Part shown: positions 28,450 to 44,290 of the stretch, in pieces
Numbering within the stretch: the stretch's first letter is position 1
Layout: every line of letters starts with the position of its first letter
Assembly: GCA_964016885.1 (NCBI GenBank)
Contig: OZ024741.1
Coordinates: forward strand, 404,178,001-404,242,000
Reading direction: 5' to 3'
From: Eledone cirrhosa
Taxonomy: Eukaryota
DNA length: 64,000 nt
Made by a program: the position numbers and the translations under genes
Notes under the pieces: generated by a model
Seen by the model: only the letters and a program-made list of their open reading frames with translations
The model's database searches: none
What the model was told of the DNA's origin: nothing

Positions 28450-31400
28450 TGTCCCCTACCATGATCTTATATGTAACAGTATGTCTCCTACCATGATCTT
28501 ATCAGTAACAGTATGTCCCCTACCATGATTTATATGTAACAGTATGTCCCCTTCCATGATCTTATATGTAACAGTATGTCCCCTACCATGATCATATATG
28601 TAACAGTATGTCCCCTACCATGATCTTATCTGTAACAGTATGTCCCCTACCATGATCTTATATGTAACAGTATGTCCCCTACCATGATCTTATATGTAAC
28701 AGTATGTCCCCTACCATATATCTTATATGTAACAGTATGTCCCCTACCATATATCTTATATGTAACAGTATGTCCCCTACCATGATCTTATCTGTAACAG
28801 TATGTCCCCTACCATGATTATATGTAACAGTATGTCCCCTACCATGATCTTTTCTGTAACAGTATGTCCCGTACTATGATCTTATCTGTAACAGTATGTC
28901 CCCTACCATGATCATATATGTAACAGTATGTCCCCTACCATGATCTTATCTGTAACAGTATGTCCCCTACCATGATCTTATCTGTAATAGTATGTCCCCT
29001 ACCATGATTATATGTAACAGTATGTCCCCTACCATGATCTTATCTGTAACGGTATGTCCCGTACTATGATCTTATCTGTAACAGTATGTCCCCAAACATG
29101 ATTATATGTAACAGTATGACCCCTTCCATGATCCTATATGTAACAGTATGTCCCCTACCATATATCTTATATGTAACAGTATGTCCCCTACTATGATCTT
29201 ATCTGTAACAGTATGTCCCCTACCATATATCTTAAATGTAACAGTATGTCCCCTACCATGATCTTATATGTAACAGTATGTCTCCTACCATATATCTTAT
29301 ATGTAACAGTATGTCCCCTACCATATATCTTATATGTAACAGTATGTCCCCTACCATGATCTTATATGTAACAGTATGTCCCCTACCATGATCTTATATG
29401 TAACAGTATGTCGCCTACCATGATCTTATATGTAACAGTATGTCACCTCCCATATATCTTACATGTAACAGTATGTCCACTACTTTGATCTTATATGTAA
29501 CACTATGTCCCCTACCATGATCTTATATGTAACAGTATGTCCACTACCATGATCTTATATGTAACAGTATGTCGCCTACCATGATCTTATATGTAACAGT
29601 ATGTCCCCTACCATATATCTTATATGTAACTGTATGTCCCCTACCATGATCTTATATGTAACAGTATGTCCCCTACCATGATCTTATATGTAACAGTATG
29701 TCCCCTACCATGATCTTATACGTAACAGTATGTCCCCTACCATATATCTTAAATGTAACAGTATGTCCACTACTTTGATCTTATATGTAACAGTATGTCC
29801 CCTACCATGATCTTATATGTAACAGTATGTCCCCTACCATGATCTTATATGTAACAGTATGTCCCCTACCATGTTCTTATCTGTAACAGTATGTCCACTA
29901 CTTTGATCTTATATGTAACAGTATGTCCCCTACCATGAACTTATATGTAACAGTATGTCCCCTACCATATATCTTATCTGTAACAGTATGTCCCCTACCA
30001 TGATCTTATATGTAACAGTATGTCCCCTGCCATATATTTTATATGTAACAGTATGTCCCCTACCATATATCTTATATGTAACAGTATGTCCTCTACCATA
30101 TATCTTATATGTAACAGTATGTCCCCTACCATGATCTTATCTGTAACAGTATGTCCCCTACCATGATCTTATATGTAACAGTATGTCCCCTACCATGATC
30201 TTCTATGTAACAGTATGTCGCCTACCATGATCTTATCTGTAACAGTATGTCCCCTACCATGATCATATATGTAACAGTATGTCCCCTACCATGATATTAT
30301 ATGTAACAGTATGTCCCCTACCATGATTTATATGTAACAGTATGTCCCCTACCATAATCTTATATGTAACAGTATGTACCCTACCATATATCTTACCTGT
30401 AACAGTATGTCCCCTACCATATATCTTATATGTAACAGTATGTCCCCTACCATGATCTTATATGTAACAGTATGTCCCCTACCATGATCTTATATGTAAC
30501 AGTATGTCCCTTACCATATATCTTATATGTAACAGTATGTCCCCTACCATAATCTTATATGTAACAGTATGTCCCCTACCATATATCTTATATGTAACAG
30601 TATGTTGCCTACCATATATCTTACCTGTAACAGTATGTCCCCTACCATATATCTTATATGTAACAGTATGTCCCCTACTATGATCTTATCTGTAACAGTA
30701 TGTCCTCTACCATGATCTTATCTGTAACAGTATGTCCCCTACCATGATCTTATATGTAACAGTATGTCCCCTACCATATATCATATCTATAACAGTATGT
30801 CCCCTACCATATATCTTATATGTAACATTATGTCCCCTACCATGATCTTATATGTAACAGTATGTCCCCTACCATGATCTTATATGTAACAGTATGTCCC
30901 CTACCATATATCTTATATGTAACAGTATGTCCCCTACCATAATCTTATATGTAACAGTATGTCCCCTACCATATATCTTATATGTAACATTATGCCCCCT
31001 ACCATGATCTTATATGTAACAGTATGTCCCCTACCATAATCTTATATGTAACAGTATGTACCCTACCATATATCTTACCTGTAACAGTATGTCCCCTACC
31101 ATATATCTTATATGTAACATTATGTCCCCTACAATGATCTTATATGTAACAGTATGTCCCCTACCATATATCTTATATGTAACAGTATGTCCCCTACCAT
31201 ATATCTTACCTGTAACAGTATGTCCCCTACCATATATCTTATATGTAACAGTATATCCCCTACCATATATCTTATCTATAACTGTATGTCCCCTACCATA
31301 TATTGTATCTATAACAGTATGTCCCCTACCATATATCTTATATGTAACAGTATGTCCCCTACCATAATCTTATATGTAACAGTATGTACCCTACCATATA

Positions 31401-34400
31401 TCTTACCTGTAACAGTATGTCCCCTACCATATATCTTATATGTAACATTATGTCCCCTACCGTATATCTTACATGTAACAGTATGTCCCCTACCATATAT
31501 CTTATATGTAACAGTATGTCCCCTAACATGATCTTACCTGTAACAGTATGTCCCCTACCATGATCTTATATGTAACAGTATGTCCCCTACCATATATCTT
31601 ATGTGTAACAGTATTTCCCCTACCATGATCTTATATGTAACAGTATGTCCCCTACCATATATCTTATATGTAACAGTATGTCCCCTACCATGATCTTATA
31701 TGTAACAGTATGTCCCCTACCATGATCTTACCTGTAACAGTATGTTCCCTACCATGATCTTATCTGTAACAGTACGTCCCCTACCATGATCTTATATGTA
31801 AAAGTATGTCCCCTACCATGATCTTATATGTATCAGTATGTCCCCTACAATGATCTTACCTGTAACAGTATGCTCCCTACCATGATCTTATCTGTAACAG
31901 TATGTCCCCTTCCATGATCTTATATGTAACAGTATGTCCCCTACCATGATCTTATATGTATCAGTATGTCCCATACCATGATCTTATATGTAACAGTATG
32001 TCCCCTACCATGATCTTATATGTAACATTATGTCCCCTACCATATATCTTATATGTAACAGTATGTCTCCTACCATGATCTTATATGTAACAGTATGTCC
32101 CCTACCATGTTCTTACCTGTAACAGTATGTCCCCTACCATATATCTTATATGTAACAGTATGTTCCCTACCATGAATTTACCTGTAACAGTATGTCCCCT
32201 ACCATGATCTTATATGTAACAGTATGTCCCCTACCATGATCTCATATGTAACAGTATGTCCCCTACCATGATCTTATATGTAACAGTATGTCCCCTACCA
32301 TGATCTTATATGTAACGGTATGTCCCCTACCATATATCTTATATGTAACAGTATGTCCGCTACCATGATCTTATATGTAACAGTATGTCCCCTACCATGA
32401 TCTTATATGTAACACTATTTCCCCTACCATATATCTTATCTGTAACAGTATGTACCCTACCATGATCTTATATGTAACAGTATGTCCCCTACCATGTTCT
32501 TACCTGTAACAGTATGTCCCCTACCATATATCTTATATGTAACAGTATGTTCCCTACCATGAATTTACCTGTAACAGTATGTCCCCTACCATGATCTTAT
32601 ATGTAACAGTATGTCCCCTACCATGATCTCATATGTAACAGTATGTCCCCTACCATGATCTTATATGTAACAGTATGTCCCCTACCATGATCTTATATGT
32701 AACGGTATGTCCCCTACCATATATCTTATATGTAACAGTATGTCCGCTACCATGATCTTATATGTAACAGTATGTCCCCTACCATGATCTTATATGTAAC
32801 ACTATGTCCCCTACCATATATCTTATCTGTAACAGTATGTACCCTACCATGATCTTATATGTAACAGTATGTCTCCTACCATATATCTTACATGTAACAG
32901 TATGTCCCCTACCATGATCTTATCTTTAACAGTATGTCCCCTACCATATATCTTATATGTAACAGTTTGTCCCTTACCAAGATCTTAACTGTAACAGTAT
33001 GTCCCCTACGATGATCTTATATGTAACAGTTTGTCCCCTACCATGATCTTATATGTACCAGTATGTCCCCTACCATGATCTTATATGTAACAGTATGTCC
33101 CCTACCATATATCTTATATGTAACATTATGTCCCCTACCATGATCTTATATGTAACAGTATGTCCCCTACCATGATCTTATATGTAACAGTATGTCCCCT
33201 ACCATATATCTTATATGTAACAGTATGTCCCCTACTATATATCTTACCTGTAACAGTATGTCCCCTACCATATATCTTATATGTAACTGTATGTCCCCTA
33301 CCATATATCTTATCTATAACAGTATGTCCCCTACCATATATCTTATATGTAACAGTATGTCCCCTACCATAATCTTATATGTAACAGTATGTACCCTACC
33401 ATATATCTTACCTGTAACAGTATGTCCCCTACCATATATCTTATATGTAACAGTATGTCCCCTAACATGATCTTCCCTGTAACAGTATGTCCCCTATCAT
33501 GATCTTATATGTAACAGTATGTCCCCTACCATATATCTTATGTGTAAGAGTATGTCCCCTACCATGATCTTATATGTAACAGTATGTCCCCTACCATATA
33601 TCTTATATGTAACAGTATGTTCCCTACCATGATCTTATATGTAACAGTATGTCCCCTACCATATATCTTATATGTAACAGTATGTCTCCTACCATGATCT
33701 TATATGTAACAGTATGTCCCCTACCATGTTCTTATATGTAACAGTATGTCCCCTACCATGATCATATATGTAACAGTATGTCCCCTACCATATATCTTAT
33801 ATGTAACAGTATGTCCCCTACCATGATATTATATGTAACAGTATGTCCCCTACCATGATCTTATATGTAACAGTATGTCCCCTACCATGATCTTATATGT
33901 AACAGTATGTCCCCTACCATATATATTATATGTAACAGTATGTCCGCTACCATGATCTTATATGTAACAGTATGTCCCCTACCATATATCTTATATGTAA
34001 CAGTATGTCCCCTACCATATATCTTACATGTAACAGTATGCCCCCTACCATGATCTTATATGTAACAGTATGTCCCCTACCATGATCTTATATGTAACAG
34101 TATGTCCCCTACCATGATCTTATATGTAACAGTATGTCCCCTACCATGATCTTATATGTAACAGTATGTCCCCTACCATATATCTTATATGTAACAGTAT
34201 GACCCCTACCATGATCTTATATGTAACAGTATGTCCCCTACCATATATCTTATATGTATCAGTATGTCCCCTACCATAAATCTTATATGTAACAGTATGT
34301 CCCCTACCATGTTCTTACCTGTAACAGTATGTCCCCTACCATATATCTTATATGTAACAGTATGTCCCCTACCATAAATCTTATATGTAACAGTATGTCC

Positions 34401-37400
34401 CCTACCATATATCTTATATGTAACAGTATGTATCCTACCATAAATCTTATATGTAACAGTATGTCCCCTACCATATATCTTATATGTAACAGTATGTCCC
34501 CTACCATATATCTTATATGTAACAGTATGTCCCCTACCATGAACTTATCTGTAACAGTATGTCTCCTACCATGATCTTATCTGTAACAGTATGTCCCCTA
34601 CCATGATCTTATATGTAACAGTATGTCCCCTACCATATATCATATCTATAACAGTATGTCCCCTACCATGATCTTATATGTAACAGTATGTCCCCTACCA
34701 TAATCTTATATGTAACAGTATGTACCCTACCATAAATCTTACCTGTAACGGTATGTCCCCTACCATATATCTTATATGTAACATTATGTCCCCTACCATG
34801 ATCTTATATGTAACAGTATGTCCCCTACCATGATCTTATATGTAACAGTATGTCCCCTACCATATATCTTATATGTAACAGTATGTCCCCTACCATAATC
34901 TTATATGTAACAGTATGTCCCCTACCATATATCTTATATGTAACATTATGTCCCCTACCATGATCTTATATGTAACAGTATGTCCCCTACCATAATCTTA
35001 GATGTAACAGTATGTCCCCTACCATGATCATATATCTTACCTGTAACAGTATGTCCCCTACCATATATCTTATATGTAACATTATGTCCCCTACCATGAT
35101 CTTATATGTAACAGTATGTCCCCTACCATGATCTTATATGTAACAGTATGTCCCCTACCATATATCATATATGTAACAGTATGTCCCCTACTATATATCT
35201 TACCTGTAACAGTATGTCCCCTACCCTATATCTTATACGTAACTGTATGTCCCCTACCATATATCTTATCTATAACAGTATGTCCCCTACCATATATCTT
35301 ATATGTAACAGTATGTCCCCTACCACAATCTTATATGTAACAGTATGTACCCTACCATATATCTTACCTGTAACAGTATGTCCCCTACCATATATCTTAT
35401 ATGTAACAGTATGTCCACTAACATGATCTTACCTGTAACAGTATGTTCCCTACCATGATCTTATATGTGACAGTATGTCCCCTACCATATATCTTATGTG
35501 TAACAGTATGTCCCCTACCATGATCTTATATGTAACAGTATGTCCCCTACCATATATCTTATATGTAACAGTATGTCCCCTACCATGATCTTATATGTAA
35601 CAGTATGTCCCCTACCATATATCTTATATGTAACAGTATGTCTCCTACCATGATCTTATATGTAACAGTATGTCCCCTACCATGATCATATGTGTAACAG
35701 TATGTCCCCTACCATATATCTTATATGTAACAGTATGTCCCCTACCATGATCTTATATGTAACAGTATGTCCCCTACCATGATCTTATATGTAACAGTAT
35801 GTCCCCTACCATATATCTTATATGTAACAGTATGTCCCCTACCATGACCTTATATGTAACAGTATGTCCCCTACCATGATCTTATATGTAACAGTATGTC
35901 CCCTACCATGATCTTATATGTAACAGTATGTCCCCTACCATATATCTTATATGTAAGAGTATGTCCCCTACCATATATCTTATATGTAACAGTATGTCCC
36001 CTACCATGATCTTATATGTAACAGTATGTCCCCTACCATGATCTTATATGTAACAGTATGTCCCCTACCATGATCTTATATGTAACAGTATGTCCCCTAC
36101 CATAAATCTTATATGTAACAGTATGTCCCCTACCATGTTCTTACCTGTAACAGTATGTCCCCTACCATATATCTTATATGTAACAGTATGTCCCCTACCA
36201 TAAATCTTATATGTAACAGTATGTCCCCTACCATATATCTTATATGTAACAGTATGTCTCCTACCATAAATCTTATATGTAACAGTATGTCCCCTACCAT
36301 ATATCTTATATGTAACAGTATGTCCCCTACCATATATCTTATATGTAACAGTATGTCTCCTACAATAAATCTTATATGTAACAGTATGTCCCCTACCATA
36401 TATCTTATATGTAACAGTATGTCCCCTACCATGATCTTATATGTAACAGTATGTCCCCCACCATATATCTTATATGTAACAGTATGTCCCATACCATGTT
36501 CTTACCTGTAACAGTATGTCCCCTACCATGATCTTATCTGTAACAGTATGTCCCCTACCATGATCTTATATGTAACAGTATGTCTCCTACCATGATCTTA
36601 TCAGTAACAGTATGTCCCCTACCATGATTTATATGTAACAGTATGTCCCCTTCCATGATCTTATATGTAACAGTATGTCCCCTACCATGATCATATATGT
36701 AACAGTATGTCCCCTACCATGATCTTATCTGTAACAGTATGTCCCCTACCATGATTATATGTAACAGTATTTCCCCTACCATGATCTTATATGTAACAGT
36801 ATGTCCCCTACCATGATCTTATATGTAACAGTATGTCCCCTACCATATATCTTATATGTAACAGTATGTCCCCTACCATATATCTTATATGTAACAGTAT
36901 GTCCCCTACCATGATCTTATCTGTAACAGTATGTCCCCTACCATGATTATATGTAACAGTATGTCCCCTACCATGATCTTATCTGTAACAGTATGTCCCG
37001 TACTATGATCTTATCTGTAACAGTATGTCCCCTACCATGATCATATATGTAACAGTATGTCCCCTACCATGATCTTATCTGTAACAGTATGTCCCCTACC
37101 ATGATCTTATCTGTAATAGTATGTCCCCTACCATGATTATATGTAACAGTATGTCCCCTACCATGATCTTATCTGTAACGTTATGTCCCGTACTATGATC
37201 TTATCTGTAACAGTATGTCCCCAAACATGATTATATGTAACAGTATGACCCCTTCCATGATCTTATATGTAACAGTATGTCCCCTACCATATATCTTATA
37301 TGTAACAGTATGTCCCCTACTATGATCTTATCTGTAACAGTATGTCCCCTACCATATATCTTAAATGTAACAGTATGTCCCCTACCATGATCTTATATGT

Positions 37401-40400
37401 AACAGTATGTCTCCTACCATATATCTTATATGTAACAGTATGTCCCCTACCATATATCTTATATGTAACAGTATGTCCCCTACCATGATCTTATATGTAA
37501 CAGTATGTCCCCTACCATGATCTTATATGTAACAGTATGTCGCCTACCATGATCTTATATGTAACAGTATGTCACCTCCCATATATCTTACATGTAACAG
37601 TATGTCCACTACTTTGATCTTATATGTAACACTATGTCCCCTACCATGATCTTATATGTAACAGTATGTCCACTACCATGATCTTATATGTAACAGTATG
37701 TCGCCTACCATGATCTTATATGTAACAGTATGTCCCCTACCATATATCTTATATGTAACAGTATGTCCCCTACCATGATCTTATATGTAACAGTATGTCC
37801 CCTACCATGATCTTATATGTAACAGTATGTCCCCTACCATGATCTTATACGTAACAGTATGTCCCCTACCATATATCTTAAATGTAACAGTATGTCCACT
37901 ACTTTGATCTTATATGTAACAGTATGTCCCCTACCATGATCTTATATGTAACAGTATGTCCCCTACCATGATCTTATATGTAACAGTATGTCCCCTACCA
38001 TGTTCTTATCTGTAACAGTATGTCCACTACTTTGATCTTATATGTAACAGTATGTCCCCTACCATGAACTTATATGTAACAGTATGTCCCCTACCATATA
38101 TCTTATCTGTAACAGTATGTCCCCTACCATGATCTTATATGTAACAGTATGTCCCATGCCATATATTTTATATGTAACAGTATGTCCCCTACCATATATC
38201 TTATATGTAACAGTATGTCCTCTACCATATATCTTATATGTAACAGTATGTCCCCTACCATGATCTTATCTGTAACAGTATGTCCCCTACCATGATCTTA
38301 TATGTAACAGTATGTCCCCTACCATGATCTTCTATGTAACAGTATGTCGCCTACCATGATCTTATCTGTAACAGTATGTCCCCTACCATGATCATATATG
38401 TAACAGTATGTCCCCTACCATGATCTTATATGTAACAGTATGTCCCCTACCATGATTTATATGTAACAGTATGTCCCCTACCATAATCTTATATGTAACA
38501 GTATGTACCCTACCATATATCTTACCTGTAACAGTATGTCCCCTACCATATATCTTATATGGAACAGTATGTCCCCTACCATGATCTTATATGTAACAGT
38601 ATGTCCCCTACCATGATCTTATATGTAACAGTATGTCCCTTACCATATATCTTATATGTAACAGTATGTCCCCTACCATAATCTTATATGTAACAGTATG
38701 TCCCCTACCATATATCTTATATGTAACAGTATGTTGCCTACCATATATCTTACCTGTAACAGTATGTCCCCTACCATATATCTTATATGTAACAGTATGT
38801 CCCCTACTATGATCTTATCTGTAACAGTATGTCCTCTACCATGATCTTATCTGTAACAGTATGTCCCCTACCATGATCTTATATGTAACAGTATGTCCCC
38901 TACCATATATCATATCTATAACAGTATGTCCCCTACCATATATCTTATATGTAACATTATGTCCCCTACCATGATCTTATATGTAACAGTATGTCCCCTA
39001 CCATGATCTTATATGTAACAGTATGTCCCCTACCATATATCTTATATGTAACAGTATGTCCCCTACCATAATCTTATATGTAACAGTATGTCCCCTACCA
39101 TATATCTTATATGTAACATTATGCCCCCTACCATGATCTTATATGTAACAGTATGTCCCCTACCATTATCTTATATGTAACAGTATGTACCCTACCATAT
39201 ATCTTACCTGTAACAGTATGTCCCCTACCATATATCTTATATGTAACATTATGTCCCCTACAATGATCTTATATGTAACAGTATGTCCCCTACCATATAT
39301 CTTATATGTAACAGTATGTCCCCTACCATATATCTTACCTGTAACAGTATGTCCCCTACCATATATCTTATATGTAACAGTATATCCCCTACCATATATC
39401 TTATCTATAACTGTATGTCCCCTACCATATATTGTATCTATAACAGTATGTCCCCTACCATATATCTTATATGTAACAGTATGTCCCCTACCATAATCTT
39501 ATATGTAACAGTATGTACCCTACCATATATCTTACCTGTAACAGTATGTCCCCTACCATATATCTTATATGTAACATTATGTCCCCTACCGTATATCTTA
39601 CATGTAACAGTATGTCCCCTACCATATATCTTATATGTAACAGTATGTCCCCTAACATGATCTTACCTGTAACAGTATGTCCCCTACCATGATCTTATAT
39701 GTAACAGTATGTCCCCTACCATATATCTTATGTGTAACAGTATTTCCCCTACCATGATCTTATATGTAACAGTATGTCCCCTACCATATATCTTATATGT
39801 AACAGTATGTCCCCTACCATGATCTTATATGTAACAGTATGTCCCCTACCATGATCTTACATGTAACAGTATGTTCCCTACCATGATCTTATCTGTAACA
39901 GTACGTCCCCTACCATGATCTTATATGTAAAAGTATGTCCCCTACCATGATCTTATATGTATCAGTATGTCCCCTACAATGATCTTACCTGTAACAGTAT
40001 GTTCCCTACCATGATCTTATCTGTAACAGTATGTCCCCTTCCATGATCTTATATGTAACAGTATGTCCCCTACCATGATCTTATATGTATCAGTATGTCC
40101 CATACCATGATCTTATATGTAACAGTATGTCCCCTACCATGATCTTATATGTAACATTATGTCCCCTACCATATATCTTATATGTAACAGTATGTCTCCT
40201 ACCATGATCTTATATGTAACAGTATGTCCCCTACCATGTTCTTACCTGTAACAGTATGTCCCCTACCATATATCTTATATGTAACAGTATGTTCCCTACC
40301 ATGAATTTACCTGTAACAGTATGTCCCCTACCATGATCTTATATGTAACAGTATGTCCCCTACCATGATCTCATATGTAACAGTATGTCCCCTACCATAT

Positions 40401-43400
40401 ATCTTATATGTAACAGTATGTCCCCTACCATGATCTTATATGTAACAGTATGTCCCCTACCATGATCTTATATGTAACAGTATGTCCCCTACCATGATCT
40501 TATATGTAACGGTATGTCCCCTACCATATATCTTATATGTAACAGTATGTCCGCTACCATGATCTTATATGTAACAGTATGTCCCCTACCATGATCTTAT
40601 ATGTAACACTATGTCCCCTACCATATATCTTATCTGTAACAGTATGTACCCTACCATGATCTTATATGTAACAGTATGTCTCCTACCATATATCTTACAT
40701 GTAACAGTATGTCCCCTACCATGATCTTATCTTTAACAGTATGTCCCCTACCATATATCTTATATGTAACAGTTTGTCCCTTACCAAGATCTTAACTGTA
40801 ACAGTATGTCCCCTACGATGATCTTATATGTAACAGTTTGTCCCCTACCATGATCTTATATGTACCAGTATGTCCCCTACCATGATCTTATATGTAACAG
40901 TATGTCCCCTACCATATATGTTATATGTAACATTATGTCCCCTACCATGATCTTATATGTAACAGTATGTCCCCTACCATGATCTTATATGTAACAGTAT
41001 GTCCCCTACCATATATCTTATATGTAACAGTATGTCCCCTACTATATATCTTACCTGTAACAGTATGTCCCCTACCATATATCTTATATGTAACTGTATG
41101 TCCCCTACCATAATCTTATATGTAACAGTATGTACCCTACCATATATCTTACCTGTAACAGTATGTCCCCTACCATATATCTTATATGTAACAGTATGTC
41201 CCCTAACATGATCTTCCCTGTAACAGTATGTCCCCTATCATGATCTTATATGTAACAGTATGTCCCCTACCATATATCTTATGTGTAAGAGTATGTCCCC
41301 TACCATGATCTTATATGTAACAGTATGTCCCCTACCATATATCTTATATGTAACAGTATGTTCCCTACCATGATCTTATATGTAACAGTATGTCCCCTAC
41401 CATATATCTTATATGTAACAGTATGTCTCCTACCATGATCTTATATGTAACAGTATGTCCCCTACCATGTTCTTATATGTAACAGTATGTCCCCTACCAT
41501 GATCATATATGTAACAGTATGTCCCCTACCATATATCTTATATGTAACAGTATGTCCCCTACCATGATATTATATGTAACAGTATGTCCCCTACCATGAT
41601 CTTATATGTAACAGTATGTCCCCTACCATGATCTTATATGTAACAGTATGTCCCCTACCATATATCTTATATGTAACAGTATGTCCGCTACCATGATCTT
41701 ATATGTAACAGTATGTCCCCTACCATGATCTTATATGTAACAGTATGTCCCCTACCATGATCTTATATGTAACAGTATGTCCCCTACCATATATCTTATA
41801 TGTAACAGTATGTCCCCTACCATATATCTTACATGTAACAGTATGCCCCCTACCATGATCTTATATGTAACAGTATGTCCCCTACCATGATCTTATATGT
41901 AACAGTATGTCCCCTACCATGATCTAATATGTAACAGTATGTCCCCTACCATATATCTTATATGTAACAGTATGACCCCTACCATGATCTTATATGTAAC
42001 AGTATGTCCCCTACCATATATCTTATATGTATCAGTATGTCCCCTACCATAAATCTTATATGTAACAGTATGTCCCCTACCATGTTCTTACCTGTAACAG
42101 TATGTCCCCTACCATATATCTTATATGTAACAGTATGTCCCCTACCATAAATCTTATATGTAACAGTATGTCCCCTACCATATATCTTATATGTAACAGT
42201 ATGTATCCTACCATAAATCTTATATGTAACAGTATGTCCCCTACCATATATCTTATATGTAACAGTATGTCCCCTACCATATATCTTATATGTAACAGTA
42301 TGTCCCCTACCATGATCTTATCTGTAACAGTATATCTCCTACCATGATCTTATCTGTAACAGTATGTCCCCTACCATGATCTTATATGTAACAGTATGTC
42401 CCCTACCATATATCATATCTATAACAGTATGTCCCCTACCATGATCTTATATGTAACAGTATGTCCCCTACCATAATCTTATATGTAACAGTATGTACCC
42501 TACCATAAATCTTACCTGTAACAGTATGTCCCCTACCATATATCTTATATGTAACATTATGTCCCCTACCATGATCTTATATGTAACAGTATGTCCCCTA
42601 CCATGATCTTATATGTAACAGTATGTCCCCTACCATATATCTTATATGTAACAGTATGTCCCCTACCATAATCTTATATGTAACAGTATGTCCCCTACCA
42701 TATATCTTATATGTAACATTATCTCCCCTACCATGATCTTATATGTAACAGTATGTCCCCTACCATAATCTTAGATGTAACAGTATGTCCCCTACCATGA
42801 TCATATATCTTACCTGTAACAGTATGTCCCCTACCATATATCTTATATGTAACATTATGTCCACTACCATGATCTTATATGTAACAGTATGTCCCCTACC
42901 ATGATCTTATATGTAACAGTATGTCCCCTACCATATATCTTATATGTAACAGTATGTCCCCTACTATATATCTTACCTGTAACAGTATGTCCCCTACCAT
43001 ATATCTTATACGTAACTGTATGTCCCCTACCATATATCTTATCTATAACAGTATGTCCCCTACCATATATCTTATATGTAACAGTATGTCCCCTACCATA
43101 ATCTTATATGTAACAGTATGTACCCTACCATATATCTTACCTGTAACAGTATGTCCCCTACCATATATATTATATGTAACAGTATGTCCACTAACATGAT
43201 CTTACCTGTAACAGTATGTTCCCTACCATGATCTTATATGTGACAGTATGTCCCCTACCATATATCTTATGTGTAACAGTATGTCCCCTACCATGATCTT
43301 ATATGTAACAGTATGTCCCCTACCATATATCTTATATGTAACAGTATGTCCCCTACCATGATCTTATATGTAACAGTATGTCCCCTACCATATATCTTAT

Positions 43401-44290
43401 ATGTAACAGTATGTCTCCTACCATGATCTTATATGTAACAGTATGTCCCCTACCATGATCAAATGTGTAACAGTATGTCCCCTACCATATATCTTATATG
43501 TAACAGTATGTCCCCTACCATGATCTTATATGTAACAGTATGTCCCCTACCATGATCTTATATGTAACAGTATGTCCCCTACCATATATCTTATATGTAA
43601 CAGTATGTCCCCTACCATGATCTTATATGTAACAGTATGTCCCCTACCATGATCTTATATGTAACAGTATGTCCCCTACCATGATCTTATATGTAACAGT
43701 ATGTCCCCTACCATATATCTTATATGTAAGAGTATGTCCCCTACCATATATCTTATATGTAACAGTATGTCCCCTACCATGATCTTATATGTAACAGTAT
43801 GTCCCCTACCATGATCTTATATGTAACAGTATGTCCCCTACCATGATCTTATATGTAACAGTATGTCCCCTACCATAAATATTATATGTAACAGTATGTC
43901 CCCTACCATGTTCTTACCTGTAACAGTATGTCCCCTACCATATATCTTATATGTAACAGTATGTCCCCTACCATAAATCTTATATGTAACAGTATGTCCC
44001 CTACCATATATCTTATATGTAACAGTATGTCTCCTACCATAAATCTTATATGTAACAGTATGTCCCCTACCATATATCTTATATGTAACAGTATGTCCCC
44101 TACCATATATCTTATATGTAACAGTATGTCTCCTACAATAAATCTTATATGTAACAGTATGTCCCCTACCATATATCTTATATGTAACAGTATGTCCCCT
44201 ACCATGATCTTATATGTAACAGTATGTCCCCCACCATATATCTTATATGTAACAGTATGTCCCATACCATGTTCTTACCTGTAACAGTAT
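28450..44290. repeat. Tandem duplication of a 7.8-8.1-kb unit (about 28450-36530 and 36530-44290)
   Basis: ORF pairs 31056/39185 (offset 8129) and 34329/42102, 35116/42889, 36155/43928 (offset 7773). Private markers TCAGTAAC (28502/36601), CTGTAATAG (28982/37111) and TACAATAAAT (36361/44134). Confidence 0.9.
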
